Part shown: positions 20,822 to 29,458 of the stretch, piece after piece
How the letters are laid out: every line of letters starts with the position of its first letter
How positions within the stretch are numbered: the stretch's first letter is position 1
Origin: Escherichia phage LHE83
Reading direction: 5' to 3' (one strand)
Length of the DNA: 64,000 nt
Sequence record: OQ561750
Position numbers and translations under genes: made by a program
The notes under the pieces: generated by a model
The model's input: the letters and a program-made list of their open reading frames with translations, nothing else
Database searches by the model: none
Told to the model about the DNA's origin: nothing

Positions 20822-21228
20822 TGAACATTGAATATTATGTATATGCGGATTATGAAAATAATCCGTCTAAAGATGAAGATAACCGTTTAGGTGTAGATGC
20901 TTTTGAATCCCCTGCTGCAGCTTGGCAATGGGTTGAAAGTACCGATATTCCTTACCGTTATATTGAAGTGGTAGACCAAGCAGGAAACAAGTATCCTAAG
21001 GAAGCATATGTTCCTTCTGGTAAAGTAAATTTCCTTCTGTTCGCAGGTGATAACTATTATCCACGTGGCGGCTATACCGATTTAATCGCTAAAGCATTTT
21101 CTGAAGACGAACTACGTGATATTATTAACGAAAATGAGAAAAAGCCTCGTTACGGTTCTAATCGTTTTGACTGTGACTGGTGGCAGATTGTTAATGCTAA
21201 TACCCATACTATTGTAGACGAGGGTTAA
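20821..21228 (+). CDS. Hypothetical protein (135 aa)
   Basis: ORF with TAATG overlap to upstream gene; no recognised motif. Confidence 0.45.
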   Translation: MNIEYYVYADYENNPSKDEDNRLGVDAFESPAAAWQWVESTDIPYRYIEVVDQAGNKYPKEAYVPSGKVNFLLFAGDNYYPRGGYTDLIAKAFSEDELRDIINENEKKPRYGSNRFDCDWWQIVNANTHTIVDEG

Positions 21229-21519
21229 ATGCTATACGTTAAGGTTACTAATCCAGAGAATGGCTATAATTCAGACCAGGTTGCAGCAGAGCTACTGATT
21301 CGCAACTTTGGCAAAGGTGCTGTGCTTGATGTCCAACAGGTTAATATTGGTCGTAGTTCAAGCGACGTTAAACTAAAAGTTAATGGTCGCCGTTATAATT
21401 CTGTTAACTTTACTTTCTACACCGCAACTGAAAACAGATTGATCGAATACGACATCTTTAAAAATCCTTTGAAGATTGCTTCTATTAAACTTGATTACAT
21501 TAATATGTGGCCACAATGA
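21229..21519 (+). CDS. Hypothetical protein (96 aa)
   Basis: ORF immediately after previous stop (TAAATG). Confidence 0.45.
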   Translation: MLYVKVTNPENGYNSDQVAAELLIRNFGKGAVLDVQQVNIGRSSSDVKLKVNGRRYNSVNFTFYTATENRLIEYDIFKNPLKIASIKLDYINMWPQ

Positions 21520-21693
21520 ATCAAATTTGACCAGACTATTCCTAAAAATAGTAATATGCTTTAAGAGTAATGTGTTATTATTACTCTATCATTAATACCC
21601 TCTATTACCAAAGGTTCTTCCCTCAAAGAACCTTTCATAATAGACAAGGTCTATTAATCAAACTTACTTTACTTAATTTTATTTGAGGTGTTT

Positions 21694-21960
21694 ATGTTAG
21701 TATTAAAATTAGCTTTTTATGACCCGGCAACCAAGACAACCACTACCAAACGTTGTTCTATTTCGTATGAATGTCAATTTGGTGAAGTTGAGACCGACGG
21801 CGAGCCCTTTATGGCAATTGCCGATAGCACATTCGCTAAACCAAAAATAATTCCACTAGTTAACGCTGCGGCTTATCTGGTTGCTCCTGAAGAAATGACT
21901 TATCATACAATTCAGCACATGGCTAAAGATGATAATGCTCCTGCTGGATTTGTAGTTTGA
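21694..21960 (+). CDS. Hypothetical protein (88 aa)
   Basis: ATG after GAGG SD; ends 5 nt before tRNA. Confidence 0.4.
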   Translation: MLVLKLAFYDPATKTTTTKRCSISYECQFGEVETDGEPFMAIADSTFAKPKIIPLVNAAAYLVAPEEMTYHTIQHMAKDDNAPAGFVV

Positions 21961-21965
21961 TTTAA

Positions 21966-22039
21966 GGCCCTGTAGCTCAATGGTTAGCAGCAGTCCCCTC
22001 ATAAGGGAAAGGTTACCGGTTCAAATCCGGTCTGGGCCA
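21966..22039 (+). tRNA. tRNA with anticodon CAU (Met, or Ile2-type reading AUA as in the T4 tRNA-Ile)
   Basis: 74-nt cloverleaf: 7-bp acceptor stem (one U-U mismatch), anticodon loop CUCAUAA, T-arm ACCGG-TTCAAAT-CCGGT; position matches T4 tRNA cluster. Confidence 0.65.
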
Positions 22040-22080
22040 TATTTTAAGAACATAAATACTCTTAGAAATAGGAGATATTT

Positions 22081-22746
22081 ATGTTCCATTACACTTATAA
22101 AATAACAAACAAAATTAATAATAAAATCTATATAGGCGCCCATTCAACCGAAAATTTGAATGATGCATATTTTGGTTCTGGTAAACTCTTAAAAAGGGCC
22201 CAGGCCAAATACGGTATAGAAAATTTCTCTAAAGAAATATTAGAGTTCTTTGACGATAAAACCTCTATGTTTGAGTCAGAAAAGAATATTGTGACTAAAG
22301 AGTTTTTAAAGCGCCCCGATGTTTATAATTTGAAATTAGGTGGTGAAGGTGGTTGGGACCATTTAAACACTGAAGAATATTTAGATAAAAAGAAAGAAGC
22401 TTCCTTAAAAGGAGTTGCCGCTTTTAAAACCAGATTTGAGAACGACCCAGACCTTAAAGAAAAATATCGTAAAATGGGTTCAGAAAAGTTTAAACAACTT
22501 TGGGATAATCCTAAGTATAGAGAGAAATTTTCAAATACTAAATCTTTCTTGGGTAAGACCCATTCAGATGAAACCAAAAATAAAATGAAAGAATCTCACG
22601 CCAGAAATAAACATCAACAAGGTGAAAATAATTCCGGATACGGAAAAATGTGGATTCATTCTTTAGAAGAAAAAGTTTCTAAACGTATTAACAAAACGGA
22701 TATTATTCCTGAAGGTTGGAATAAAGGTCGTAAAATAAAATTTTGA
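22081..22746 (+). CDS. segB: GIY-YIG homing endonuclease, SegB-like, inserted in tRNA cluster
   Basis: 221 aa; N-terminal HYTYKITN...NKIYIGAHS...YFGSGK GIY-YIG pattern; basic NUMOD-like C-terminal repeats; same location as T4 segB. Confidence 0.6.
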   Translation: MFHYTYKITNKINNKIYIGAHSTENLNDAYFGSGKLLKRAQAKYGIENFSKEILEFFDDKTSMFESEKNIVTKEFLKRPDVYNLKLGGEGGWDHLNTEEYLDKKKEASLKGVAAFKTRFENDPDLKEKYRKMGSEKFKQLWDNPKYREKFSNTKSFLGKTHSDETKNKMKESHARNKHQQGENNSGYGKMWIHSLEEKVSKRINKTDIIPEGWNKGRKIKF

Positions 22747-22751
22747 ATTAC

Positions 22752-22826
22752 GTCCCGCTGGTGTAATGGATAGCATACGATCCTTCTAAGTTTGCGGTCC
22801 TGGTTCGATCCCAGGGCGGGATACCA
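22752..22826 (+). tRNA. tRNA-Arg (anticodon UCU), CCA encoded
   Basis: 75 nt; 7-bp acceptor stem, anticodon loop CUUCUAA, T-arm CCTGG-TTCGATC-CCAGG, 3-prime ACCA. Confidence 0.7.
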
Positions 22827-23205
22827 AATGAAGACTATTATATAGTCAAGCCGTCGTATGAAGACTGATTACCAGCATTCACCGGCGCAACAAACAAGAA
22901 ACCGGGTCGCTACCGGTAAGTCGTCGGACTGATGTTCCCTGTTTAAGGACCGGCATTAATAAATCTTTACGATTCGTTAATGTCCCCTTACATCACAACA
23001 GAAACGGCGCACAGAATTATCGATTCGAGGAAATATCTTTGCCGTAAGCCGAGTAGCGTTTTTGACGGAACGTTCGGATATGGTCGAGATATGGCCTTTT
23101 AAAAATATTGAGCGGCGTCAACTACTTAATAACCGGGTTCGAATCCCGGCGTTTCGTACAAACACTTGCCTAGCAGGTGGAACCCCGACAAGGTTACCCT
23201 AGGTT
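22827..23205 (+). ncRNA. ORF-free structured region after tRNA-Arg; candidate small stable RNA(s) analogous to T4 RNA C / RNA D
   Basis: About 380 nt with no ORF, higher GC than surroundings, tRNA-like T-arm element (CCGGG-TTCGAAT-CCCGG) near 23137-23155, ends at intrinsic terminator. Confidence 0.4.
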
Positions 23206-23206
23206 A

Positions 23207-23236
23207 AAGGCCCTTCCGAAAGGTTGGGCCTTTTTT
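23207..23236 (+). terminator. Intrinsic terminator (GGCCC...GGGCC + T6)
   Basis: GC hairpin followed by TTTTTT; identical copy at 23832. Confidence 0.65.
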
Positions 23237-23237
23237 G

Positions 23238-23245
23238 TATAAATA
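23238..23245 (+). promoter_or_regulatory. T4-type late promoter TATAAATA
   Basis: Exact TATAAATA 28 nt upstream of ATG 23274. Confidence 0.5.
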
Positions 23246-23273
23246 TGTAAGTTAAACTAACCTAGGAAATAAT

Positions 23274-23828
23274 ATGAAACTTTTAAAATATTTTAGTTGG
23301 GTTCTGTTGGTCCCACTAGATTTTATCTCTATGGTTCTGGCTGTTATCCTTGCACCATTTGTGGTTCCTTTCCACAATAAAAAGACAGGTAAATTACCGT
23401 ACGGCTTTGATTGGATGATGACATACGATAATCCAATTGACGGTGATAAAGGTCATATTAAACGTTGGGCTAACATCAGGAAAATGCCTGGTGGTGTTTA
23501 TCTCCAGAGGGTAGCTTGGCTATGGCGAAATAAAGCTTATAACTTTGCTTACCATAAACTTGGACGCGATTGTAGCTCAGAATTCCATTATCGTGGTAAT
23601 CCTGACGTTGAATCCGGTTCTCCTGATAAAGCTCATCATGGATGGTTATGGATGTGGAATGACGAAGCATGGGGAGTCTTTGCTTCAGTTCCGTATCTTA
23701 AAGTAGGTGGGATTACCTTTTACCTTCGTGTATACTGTGGTTGGAAACTTAAGAGTCTTTTGTCTCGTAAAATCCCTAAGGCTATGTTAGCCTTCCACAT
23801 AAACCCATTCCGGTTCTACAAGAACTGA
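23274..23828 (+). CDS. Membrane protein (184 aa), late-promoter driven, flanked by identical terminators
   Basis: N-terminal hydrophobic helix (WVLLVPLDFISMVLAVILAPFVVPF); Trp/His-rich body. Confidence 0.55.
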   Translation: MKLLKYFSWVLLVPLDFISMVLAVILAPFVVPFHNKKTGKLPYGFDWMMTYDNPIDGDKGHIKRWANIRKMPGGVYLQRVAWLWRNKAYNFAYHKLGRDCSSEFHYRGNPDVESGSPDKAHHGWLWMWNDEAWGVFASVPYLKVGGITFYLRVYCGWKLKSLLSRKIPKAMLAFHINPFRFYKN

Positions 23829-23831
23829 TTC

Positions 23832-23861
23832 TAGGCCCTTCCGAAAGGTTGGGCCTTTTTT
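23832..23861 (+). terminator. Intrinsic terminator, duplicate of the 23207 terminator
   Basis: Same GGCCCTTCCGAAAGGTTGGGCC + T-run sequence directly after stop codon. Confidence 0.65.
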
Positions 23862-23886
23862 GTTTCTAAAAAGTTTAAAAAAAGAT

Positions 23887-23915
23887 GTTTACTCTTTCGT
23901 AGAACATGATACTAT
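23887..23915 (+). promoter_or_regulatory. Early promoter (GTTTAC-N17-TACTAT) with TATAGACCTATCAA box
   Basis: Motifs upstream of ATG 23951. Confidence 0.55.
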
Positions 23916-23950
23916 AGACCTATCAAAACCACAGTGTGAAGGAGAGTAAA

Positions 23951-24214
23951 ATGGATAATTATGGTGAAGTGTTTAATTTCTTTATGAAATGCGTTCCTGA
24001 AGAATTTGGTGCTACTGTTAACGATATTAAAGTTATCGGTCCTGAACACCCGGTGTATGAAACCTATGCAGTAATGGGTAATGAAGATGGACAGTGGTAT
24101 ACAATTAAAGTTGTGATTAATATGTTCTCAGCTGAAGGTTACGCCAAATCGTCTACCAAAGTTTACCATGGTAATGATTTTGATGCAGAAAATTATTTCA
24201 ATAATATGAAATAA
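23951..24214 (+). CDS. Hypothetical protein (87 aa)
   Basis: ATG after GAAGGAGAG SD. Confidence 0.45.
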   Translation: MDNYGEVFNFFMKCVPEEFGATVNDIKVIGPEHPVYETYAVMGNEDGQWYTIKVVINMFSAEGYAKSSTKVYHGNDFDAENYFNNMK

Positions 24215-24217
24215 AAC

Positions 24218-24248
24218 GTTTACATGGGCTCATGATTAAGATATTATG
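24218..24248 (+). promoter_or_regulatory. Early promoter candidate (GTTTAC ... TATTAT) overlapping inverted repeat GGGCTCAT/ATGAGCCC
   Basis: -35 GTTTAC seen; -10 assignment uncertain (spacing about 19). Confidence 0.4.
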
Positions 24249-24272
24249 AGCCCATAATTTGAGGAGAACATA

Positions 24273-24671
24273 ATGAATATCGAAGATAAAGAAATGCAAG
24301 AGTTGTATAATTCATTAACACCTGAACAACAAAAATATGCCAAAGAACTAGAGAAAGCTCTTACTTTCAACTTGGCAAAAACTGATTGGGCCGCGATGTA
24401 TGAAGAAAAAACTAGATTAGAAATTGAAGCTGCTGAGAGAAATGAATGGGTTGTCGAAACCAAGATTTCTGATGGTGGTTGCTCTGTTGAGGTGTCAGCT
24501 GTAGTTAAAGGTACTCATGGCGAAAAATCATGGGGCTGGCATAATGAAGCAAACAAATGTATTGTTCTCTCAACGTCAAAAACTTATGGCCAAAGGGCTC
24601 CTGTATCCAAAGCTATTATTAAGCAAGCTCAATGGGAAGCCAATGAAATCTGCCTCGCAAAAATGAAATAA
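24273..24671 (+). CDS. Hypothetical protein (132 aa)
   Basis: ORF with GAGGAGAA SD. Confidence 0.45.
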   Translation: MNIEDKEMQELYNSLTPEQQKYAKELEKALTFNLAKTDWAAMYEEKTRLEIEAAERNEWVVETKISDGGCSVEVSAVVKGTHGEKSWGWHNEANKCIVLSTSKTYGQRAPVSKAIIKQAQWEANEICLAKMK

Positions 24672-24674
24672 AAT

Positions 24675-24704
24675 GTTTACAAACCTCAGAGGACAGGGTA
24701 TAAT
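24675..24704 (+). promoter_or_regulatory. Early promoter (GTTTAC-N18-TATAAT), -10 embedded in GGACA/TGTCC inverted repeat
   Basis: Consensus hexamers seen. Confidence 0.55.
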
Positions 24705-24747
24705 GTCCTCATGGATTACAAAATATCAACCAACTGAAGGAAATACT

Positions 24748-25341
24748 ATGAACACTTTAAAGAAAATCGTTGAATTCATTCGTTCTAAACTGGGCACCGC
24801 AATGGCTCAGAACCTGTCAATCGAAGACCAATACACCAAAGCTGCTTCTACTCTGATTGATAAAATCACTGAACTCCAGACTGCTCATGTTAAGTCTGTG
24901 AATGAAGAAAAACGTATTCGTGCATTGGCTAATGAAAAAGACCAGCTCGCTGCTTCTAAAGAACGTGAAATTCGTAAACTGATTGCCGAAGGCGCTGATG
25001 TCCAGGTACATGCTAAACTTGGCCTCCTTTATCGTCGTACAGCTACCCAGCTTCGTAAGAAAGCCGATGATTATATCGAAATGCGTAATGAAATTAAACT
25101 GAAGGTTAAGGAACTTGATGACTCTCGTCAGGAACTGGCTGTTAAGCTCGAGTACATCCGTGAAACTCGTAATATGGCTGCCCTTGGTATTGCTACTGCC
25201 GACGATGTTGTTGAAATTGCTGCACTGACCAAGATTGATATCGAAGACACCCTGATGCGCGTAGAAACGTTTAAAGGCCCGCAAGTTGGAATGGATACGA
25301 CTTCTGCTGATATCGAAGACTACATTAATTCACTTAAGTAA
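24748..25341 (+). CDS. Coiled-coil protein (197 aa)
   Basis: Internal ATG with AAGGAAA SD downstream of promoter; heptad-rich helical sequence. Confidence 0.45.
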   Translation: MNTLKKIVEFIRSKLGTAMAQNLSIEDQYTKAASTLIDKITELQTAHVKSVNEEKRIRALANEKDQLAASKEREIRKLIAEGADVQVHAKLGLLYRRTATQLRKKADDYIEMRNEIKLKVKELDDSRQELAVKLEYIRETRNMAALGIATADDVVEIAALTKIDIEDTLMRVETFKGPQVGMDTTSADIEDYINSLK

Positions 25342-25348
25342 TGTTACC

Positions 25349-25371
25349 GGGAGACTTCGGTCTCCCTATTT
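25349..25371 (+). terminator. Intrinsic terminator (GGGAGAC-TTCG-GTCTCCC + TATTT)
   Basis: 7-bp GC stem with TTCG tetraloop right after stop. Confidence 0.55.
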
Positions 25372-25389
25372 GGAGGAGAGGAGAATATT

Positions 25390-25926
25390 ATGAGTTTATA
25401 TGACGACCTGATATCAAATATTGATTGGTTTAAAAATAGTGGTCTTTCCCATGAAACCAATTCAGTTCTTTATAGAATTCGCCAAGACCTAGGCTATTCA
25501 AACGATTTCTTAAGCAGAACATCTAGCCGTGGCGATACTACCAAATTACCTTTTATTTTTGCTTTAGCTGAAGACCTTTCTTTTGAAGATGCTTTGGAAA
25601 TTATTGACGTAAATCTGGCTATTCAACGAGTGGAATTCGCTGGGCTACGCTATTCAGTATACTCTTTAAATGAACCAAGCGATTATAAACAGCTTGTTGA
25701 TGCCGACGATGATTACCATTTAGTATGCTATTTGATGTTAGAAAATGGTGACCACTTTGGTATGGTCGACCGCCGCCCGAGTTATTCGGATATTAAAAAT
25801 TACGATAAAGATGAGCTTATTATTTTAGCCAATGAGTATACATCAGAGATTCGTAAACAACAACGTAAACTTAATCGTTTTATTACTGAATGTCGCGAAT
25901 ACGCTAAAGAGGTTCAAAATGCATAA
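25390..25926 (+). CDS. Hypothetical protein (178 aa), C-terminus FITECREYAKE
   Basis: ORF with GGAGGAGAGG SD. Confidence 0.45.
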   Translation: MSLYDDLISNIDWFKNSGLSHETNSVLYRIRQDLGYSNDFLSRTSSRGDTTKLPFIFALAEDLSFEDALEIIDVNLAIQRVEFAGLRYSVYSLNEPSDYKQLVDADDDYHLVCYLMLENGDHFGMVDRRPSYSDIKNYDKDELIILANEYTSEIRKQQRKLNRFITECREYAKEVQNA

Positions 25927-26272
25927 GCCTAGTAAAACCGACCCTGGTTACGCATTAGCAGATTATGATATAGCTATTTCCTTATTCCTCGGCATTGCTA
26001 CTAGTATGACTGCAGGGATAATTGGATTTCTTGTCGGTGGGATTATTAATGGTATGCCTCGCCATCCGTTTGAAGATATGAGCCTTGCATGGATTTGGGT
26101 TCCGGCTTTAATAGGATTTTTTATCCCATGGGTCTTTGATATTGCCCAAACTAATAAAATAAACAAGCCACGTAAAAAGAGATATGCTTTAGCTATGGCT
26201 AATTATAATGAGTATGTAAAACAAACTAAACGTAATGACCTTGAAACCTTTATTAAGGAATGTAAATCATGA
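25919..26272 (+). CDS. Membrane protein (117 aa) with C-terminal FIKECKS motif
   Basis: Two hydrophobic helices; internal ATG overlapping upstream stop. Confidence 0.45.
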   Translation: MHKPSKTDPGYALADYDIAISLFLGIATSMTAGIIGFLVGGIINGMPRHPFEDMSLAWIWVPALIGFFIPWVFDIAQTNKINKPRKKRYALAMANYNEYVKQTKRNDLETFIKECKS

Positions 26273-26559
26273 ATAAAATTGAAATCGAAATCCCGGAACA
26301 CAATGACGAGAAATCTGCAGAAAAGGCTATCTATGCTCTTCTGAATAAAGCGAATACCATCGAACATGAATGTGAAGCTATTGCCGATAAGTATGGTATC
26401 CAATTCGGTACCGGTGATTATGGTTCAGGACGTACATATTATCCTATCGGCTATGAATGCTCCCAGTGGTTTAAAGATGAAATTGAAAACAACGGCGGTG
26501 AAGTTGAAAACGGCGTCGTTACAGTTGGTGCTTGGGTCTCCTCTTCAGCAATGTGCTAA
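26269..26559 (+). CDS. Small protein, tandem paralog 1 (96 aa), C-terminus AWVSSSAMC
   Basis: ATGA overlap with upstream gene; shares IADKY and G-x-G-D-Y motifs with paralog 2. Confidence 0.5.
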   Translation: MNKIEIEIPEHNDEKSAEKAIYALLNKANTIEHECEAIADKYGIQFGTGDYGSGRTYYPIGYECSQWFKDEIENNGGEVENGVVTVGAWVSSSAMC

Positions 26560-26568
26560 GGAAACGCT

Positions 26569-26850
26569 ATGATGAATGATTGCCGTAAAAATAAAGAGCT
26601 GGCTGACGCAGTAAATGATATCCACAAAGCTATTCGTCGTGCTGAGGAAATTGCTGACAAATATGAGACTCATTTTAATATATACCCTGCTCGCGGTATG
26701 GGCGGTGACTATTATTCTCCTGGCGCCTTGAAAGCCGACCTTGCCCACTGGGAAGAATACGGTGAAGCCCAGTACGCTATTGTAAACCAGCATGATTACA
26801 CCACCAGCCTAGAAAATGGCGGTTGGGTGTCCTCTTCTTCTGAATGTTAA
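26569..26850 (+). CDS. Small protein, tandem paralog 2 (93 aa), C-terminus GWVSSSSEC
   Basis: TAAGGAAA SD; motif EEIADKYETHF...GMGGDYYSPG parallels paralog 1. Confidence 0.5.
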   Translation: MMNDCRKNKELADAVNDIHKAIRRAEEIADKYETHFNIYPARGMGGDYYSPGALKADLAHWEEYGEAQYAIVNQHDYTTSLENGGWVSSSSEC

Positions 26851-26859
26851 GGAAATAAA

Positions 26860-27072
26860 ATGACTATTGATGAAATTGAAAAACAAATCCGCGAATTAGT
26901 ACGTAAAGGCCAGGCCGTGGCTGACGAAACGGGTGAAGAGTTCCGTGTTTCTGGTCGTGGAGAATACATTTCTCCAAAGAACCCGGAATATGATGATTAC
27001 GAATGGGTCCGTGATGACTACGGTATTCCGGAAGGTGAAGGTTTCTGGTTTACATCCTCTATGTCTTGCTAA
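26860..27072 (+). CDS. Small protein, tandem paralog 3 (70 aa), C-terminus FWFTSSMSC
   Basis: TAAGGAAA SD; GRGEYISP motif. Confidence 0.5.
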   Translation: MTIDEIEKQIRELVRKGQAVADETGEEFRVSGRGEYISPKNPEYDDYEWVRDDYGIPEGEGFWFTSSMSC

Positions 27073-27083
27073 GGTGATAAAAA

Positions 27084-27308
27084 ATGTCTGATATTAATGA
27101 ATTAGAAAAAGCTGCACTTGAACTGGCTGCACTGTATAAGAAAGTAAAAGATATGGCTTCTGCTCAAAGTTTTGGTGTTGAGCTCGACGATTATGACGGT
27201 GAAGTTCGTCTCGAAGATTGGCTGAATAGCTCGTGTTATGGCGAAGAAGCTGGACGCACCTTCGTTGCTCAGGCCGATGGTAAAATCTGGTATCCGAGCT
27301 CATGCTAA
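27084..27308 (+). CDS. Small protein, tandem paralog 4 (74 aa), C-terminus IWYPSSC
   Basis: TAAGGTGA SD; divergent body, same C-terminal W-x-SS-C tail. Confidence 0.45.
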   Translation: MSDINELEKAALELAALYKKVKDMASAQSFGVELDDYDGEVRLEDWLNSSCYGEEAGRTFVAQADGKIWYPSSC

Positions 27309-27529
27309 AATTAAAGAAAAGATACATTCGTAAAATAAATGGTCTTCTCGATTATGCCAAAGGTTGGCCGTTAAGTATTATTATGGCTGATAGACACCCG
27401 CGTTATAATACTGAGATGACTTATTACAAAAAGTACGATTCATATTGTCGGTCTAAAGCAGGTCGTTTAGATGGTTCTTATGAAGACTATTTCGGTAAAA
27501 AACCTACTCGTATTTCGTTAGGAAAATAA
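27302..27529 (+). CDS. Hypothetical basic protein (75 aa)
   Basis: ORF overlapping previous stop. Confidence 0.4.
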   Translation: MLKLKKRYIRKINGLLDYAKGWPLSIIMADRHPRYNTEMTYYKKYDSYCRSKAGRLDGSYEDYFGKKPTRISLGK

Positions 27530-27559
27530 TTTAACCACATGGATGTGGTAGGAGGACTT

Positions 27560-27889
27560 ATGCATAAAGATTCAGTATTCAAATATCTTTTGAAAACAAA
27601 TAAAGAATTCTATATGAATGGACAGGCCTTCTTGTTCGTTCGTGGTAAACGTGAGATGTTTTACAAATGCGACCTCTCAATGCACCATCATATGTATCAC
27701 ACCCATGGTGAGCCTATACTGGGATTCTCTGGTGACGAGACTAGACACATAGCTATGTACTACGACCATTTTAAGCTCAATGATTGCGGTGACAACGCTC
27801 TGGTCTGGAATCCATCTTGGCGTCGTTGGGATACAGTAGACAACGATAAATTATTTTTAGAATATTGCAGAAGTGATGTACAACTCTAA
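27560..27889 (+). CDS. Hypothetical protein (109 aa) with His-rich segment HHHMYHTHGE
   Basis: Internal ATG after AGGAGG SD. Confidence 0.45.
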   Translation: MHKDSVFKYLLKTNKEFYMNGQAFLFVRGKREMFYKCDLSMHHHMYHTHGEPILGFSGDETRHIAMYYDHFKLNDCGDNALVWNPSWRRWDTVDNDKLFLEYCRSDVQL

Positions 27890-27932
27890 AAATACGTGTT
27901 ACTATTACCTTACACAAACATGAGGAGTACAT

Positions 27933-28172
27933 ATGTGGTATTACGCCCCGATGTCCGATAAGTCTAATGAACCGGTACGCATTACTCGTGCCAAGTTTAA
28001 AAAGATTTATGGCTTCTCTTATAAGAAGTCTGATTACGGTGTTCGTTTTGAAGATGCCCACTGTATCAATGACCCTTATGCTGAAGAAATCTCTAATGAG
28101 ATAATTCCTATCATTAAGAATAATTCTGATGATATGTGGGAATTGCATAACGATTACGTTGCTGAAATTTAA
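27933..28172 (+). CDS. Hypothetical protein (79 aa)
   Basis: ORF with GAGGAG SD. Confidence 0.45.
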   Translation: MWYYAPMSDKSNEPVRITRAKFKKIYGFSYKKSDYGVRFEDAHCINDPYAEEISNEIIPIIKNNSDDMWELHNDYVAEI

Positions 28173-28193
28173 GTTTACTCTGAGGAAAATATT

Positions 28194-29153
28194 ATGATGT
28201 TAGTTATTGGTTCTCGTGCACTGCACCACGCTGGTCTGATTGAAAGTAAGCATATCGAAAATTCTGATTGGGATTTCATTGCCGACCAAGGCTCATGGAA
28301 TCACTTTAAAGCTCGGATGTTTGGTGCCCATGTTCCTGTGGATAACCCTGATGTCCAGGCTTTTAAATGCATGTACAATGGTAAAGAAACCTATTTTGAA
28401 GCTTATATCGTTCGTGCCCTGACTAACGTACGAGAAATTACCGGTGAGCTTCAAGACGAAGATTTCACCTCAAGTTATCGTCTCCTGAAATATGCCGAAA
28501 ATCATATTAAAAAGGACCGTCTTACAGGTTTCTATTGGGCCACGCCTGATATCTGTCTGGCTATCAAAACCTCTCATCGTTTCCTGAAGAATAATCCGTT
28601 CTTCTTGAAAACTATGTCCCACATCAAATACCTTCGTAATAAAGGTATCACCCTGAACGAAGAACTCCAGGAAATTATGCTGCAACGTCAAAAAGAAACG
28701 TTGAGCTATTCCCACCCTAAATTGGATGTAAACAAATCATCGTTCTTTAATGATACCATTTATACCCTAGACCACGACTCTATCCATGAAGCAGTGGCAT
28801 TGGCAGGGCGCCCTGCATATACCTTTTATATGAAGGAAGGTTCTGAAGTCATGACCTCTCGTGAGAAGTTCGAGGCTTTGCCTGAAGCTATTAAACTGGC
28901 TGGTGTGTATGAAGAAACTTGTGTCCTGGCACTAGAACGTTCACAGGTTCCTAATGACTTCAATATTTCACCATCATTAAGTTTCTATATGGCCCTTGAG
29001 AAAGTGTGCACCTCAATCACTTCAGGTTGGTTCCGCACTTATGCATGGGAAAACTACCAAGCTGTGGTTAATATGTACAAGACTTTAGGTGAAAACGACT
29101 ACATTGAACGGTTTAAGCGTAACCAACATTTAATTCGTCCTTTCGAAAAATAA
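28194..29153 (+). CDS. Hypothetical protein (319 aa)
   Basis: Long ORF with GAGGAAAA SD; no recognised motif. Confidence 0.5.
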   Translation: MMLVIGSRALHHAGLIESKHIENSDWDFIADQGSWNHFKARMFGAHVPVDNPDVQAFKCMYNGKETYFEAYIVRALTNVREITGELQDEDFTSSYRLLKYAENHIKKDRLTGFYWATPDICLAIKTSHRFLKNNPFFLKTMSHIKYLRNKGITLNEELQEIMLQRQKETLSYSHPKLDVNKSSFFNDTIYTLDHDSIHEAVALAGRPAYTFYMKEGSEVMTSREKFEALPEAIKLAGVYEETCVLALERSQVPNDFNISPSLSFYMALEKVCTSITSGWFRTYAWENYQAVVNMYKTLGENDYIERFKRNQHLIRPFEK

Positions 29154-29165
29154 TTGCACAAAACA

Positions 29166-29194
29166 GTGTACAAGGTCTATAGGTGTGATACTAT
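29166..29194 (+). promoter_or_regulatory. Early promoter (GTGTAC-N17-TACTAT) with TATAGACCTATCAA box
   Basis: Variant -35; same cassette as at 20003 and 23887. Confidence 0.5.
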
Positions 29195-29231
29195 AGACCT
29201 ATCAAAACAACAGAGTGAAATGGAGAATAAA

Positions 29232-29444
29232 ATGAAACTTTCTAACCAAGCAATCAACATGTTAAACGAAGTTCGTGCAGCTGGTGCTAAATGCCTGATG
29301 GTTAACACTCGTGACGGTGACCTTCGTCAAGCATTTGGTGAATTGAAATCTGCTGACCTGGTTAAATGTTCAGTTGGTATTGGTAACGCACTTCGTGTAT
29401 CCTTATCCCCTAAAGGTAAAATGTACTTTTTCAACAAAAAGTAA
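29232..29444 (+). CDS. Hypothetical protein (70 aa)
   Basis: ATG after GGAGAATAAA SD. Confidence 0.45.
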   Translation: MKLSNQAINMLNEVRAAGAKCLMVNTRDGDLRQAFGELKSADLVKCSVGIGNALRVSLSPKGKMYFFNKK

Positions 29445-29458
29445 GTGAGGAAAATATT

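Noticed and set aside
22827-23205. Group I intron or additional tRNA genes in the ORF-free region after tRNA-Arg
   Set aside because: Could not build a complete cloverleaf or recognise conserved intron core elements by eye; reported only as candidate stable RNA
24748-25341. Coiled-coil protein as a PspA/IM30-family (phage shock protein A-like) homolog
   Set aside because: Only length and helical, heptad-rich character match; no specific motif evidence, so left as hypothetical
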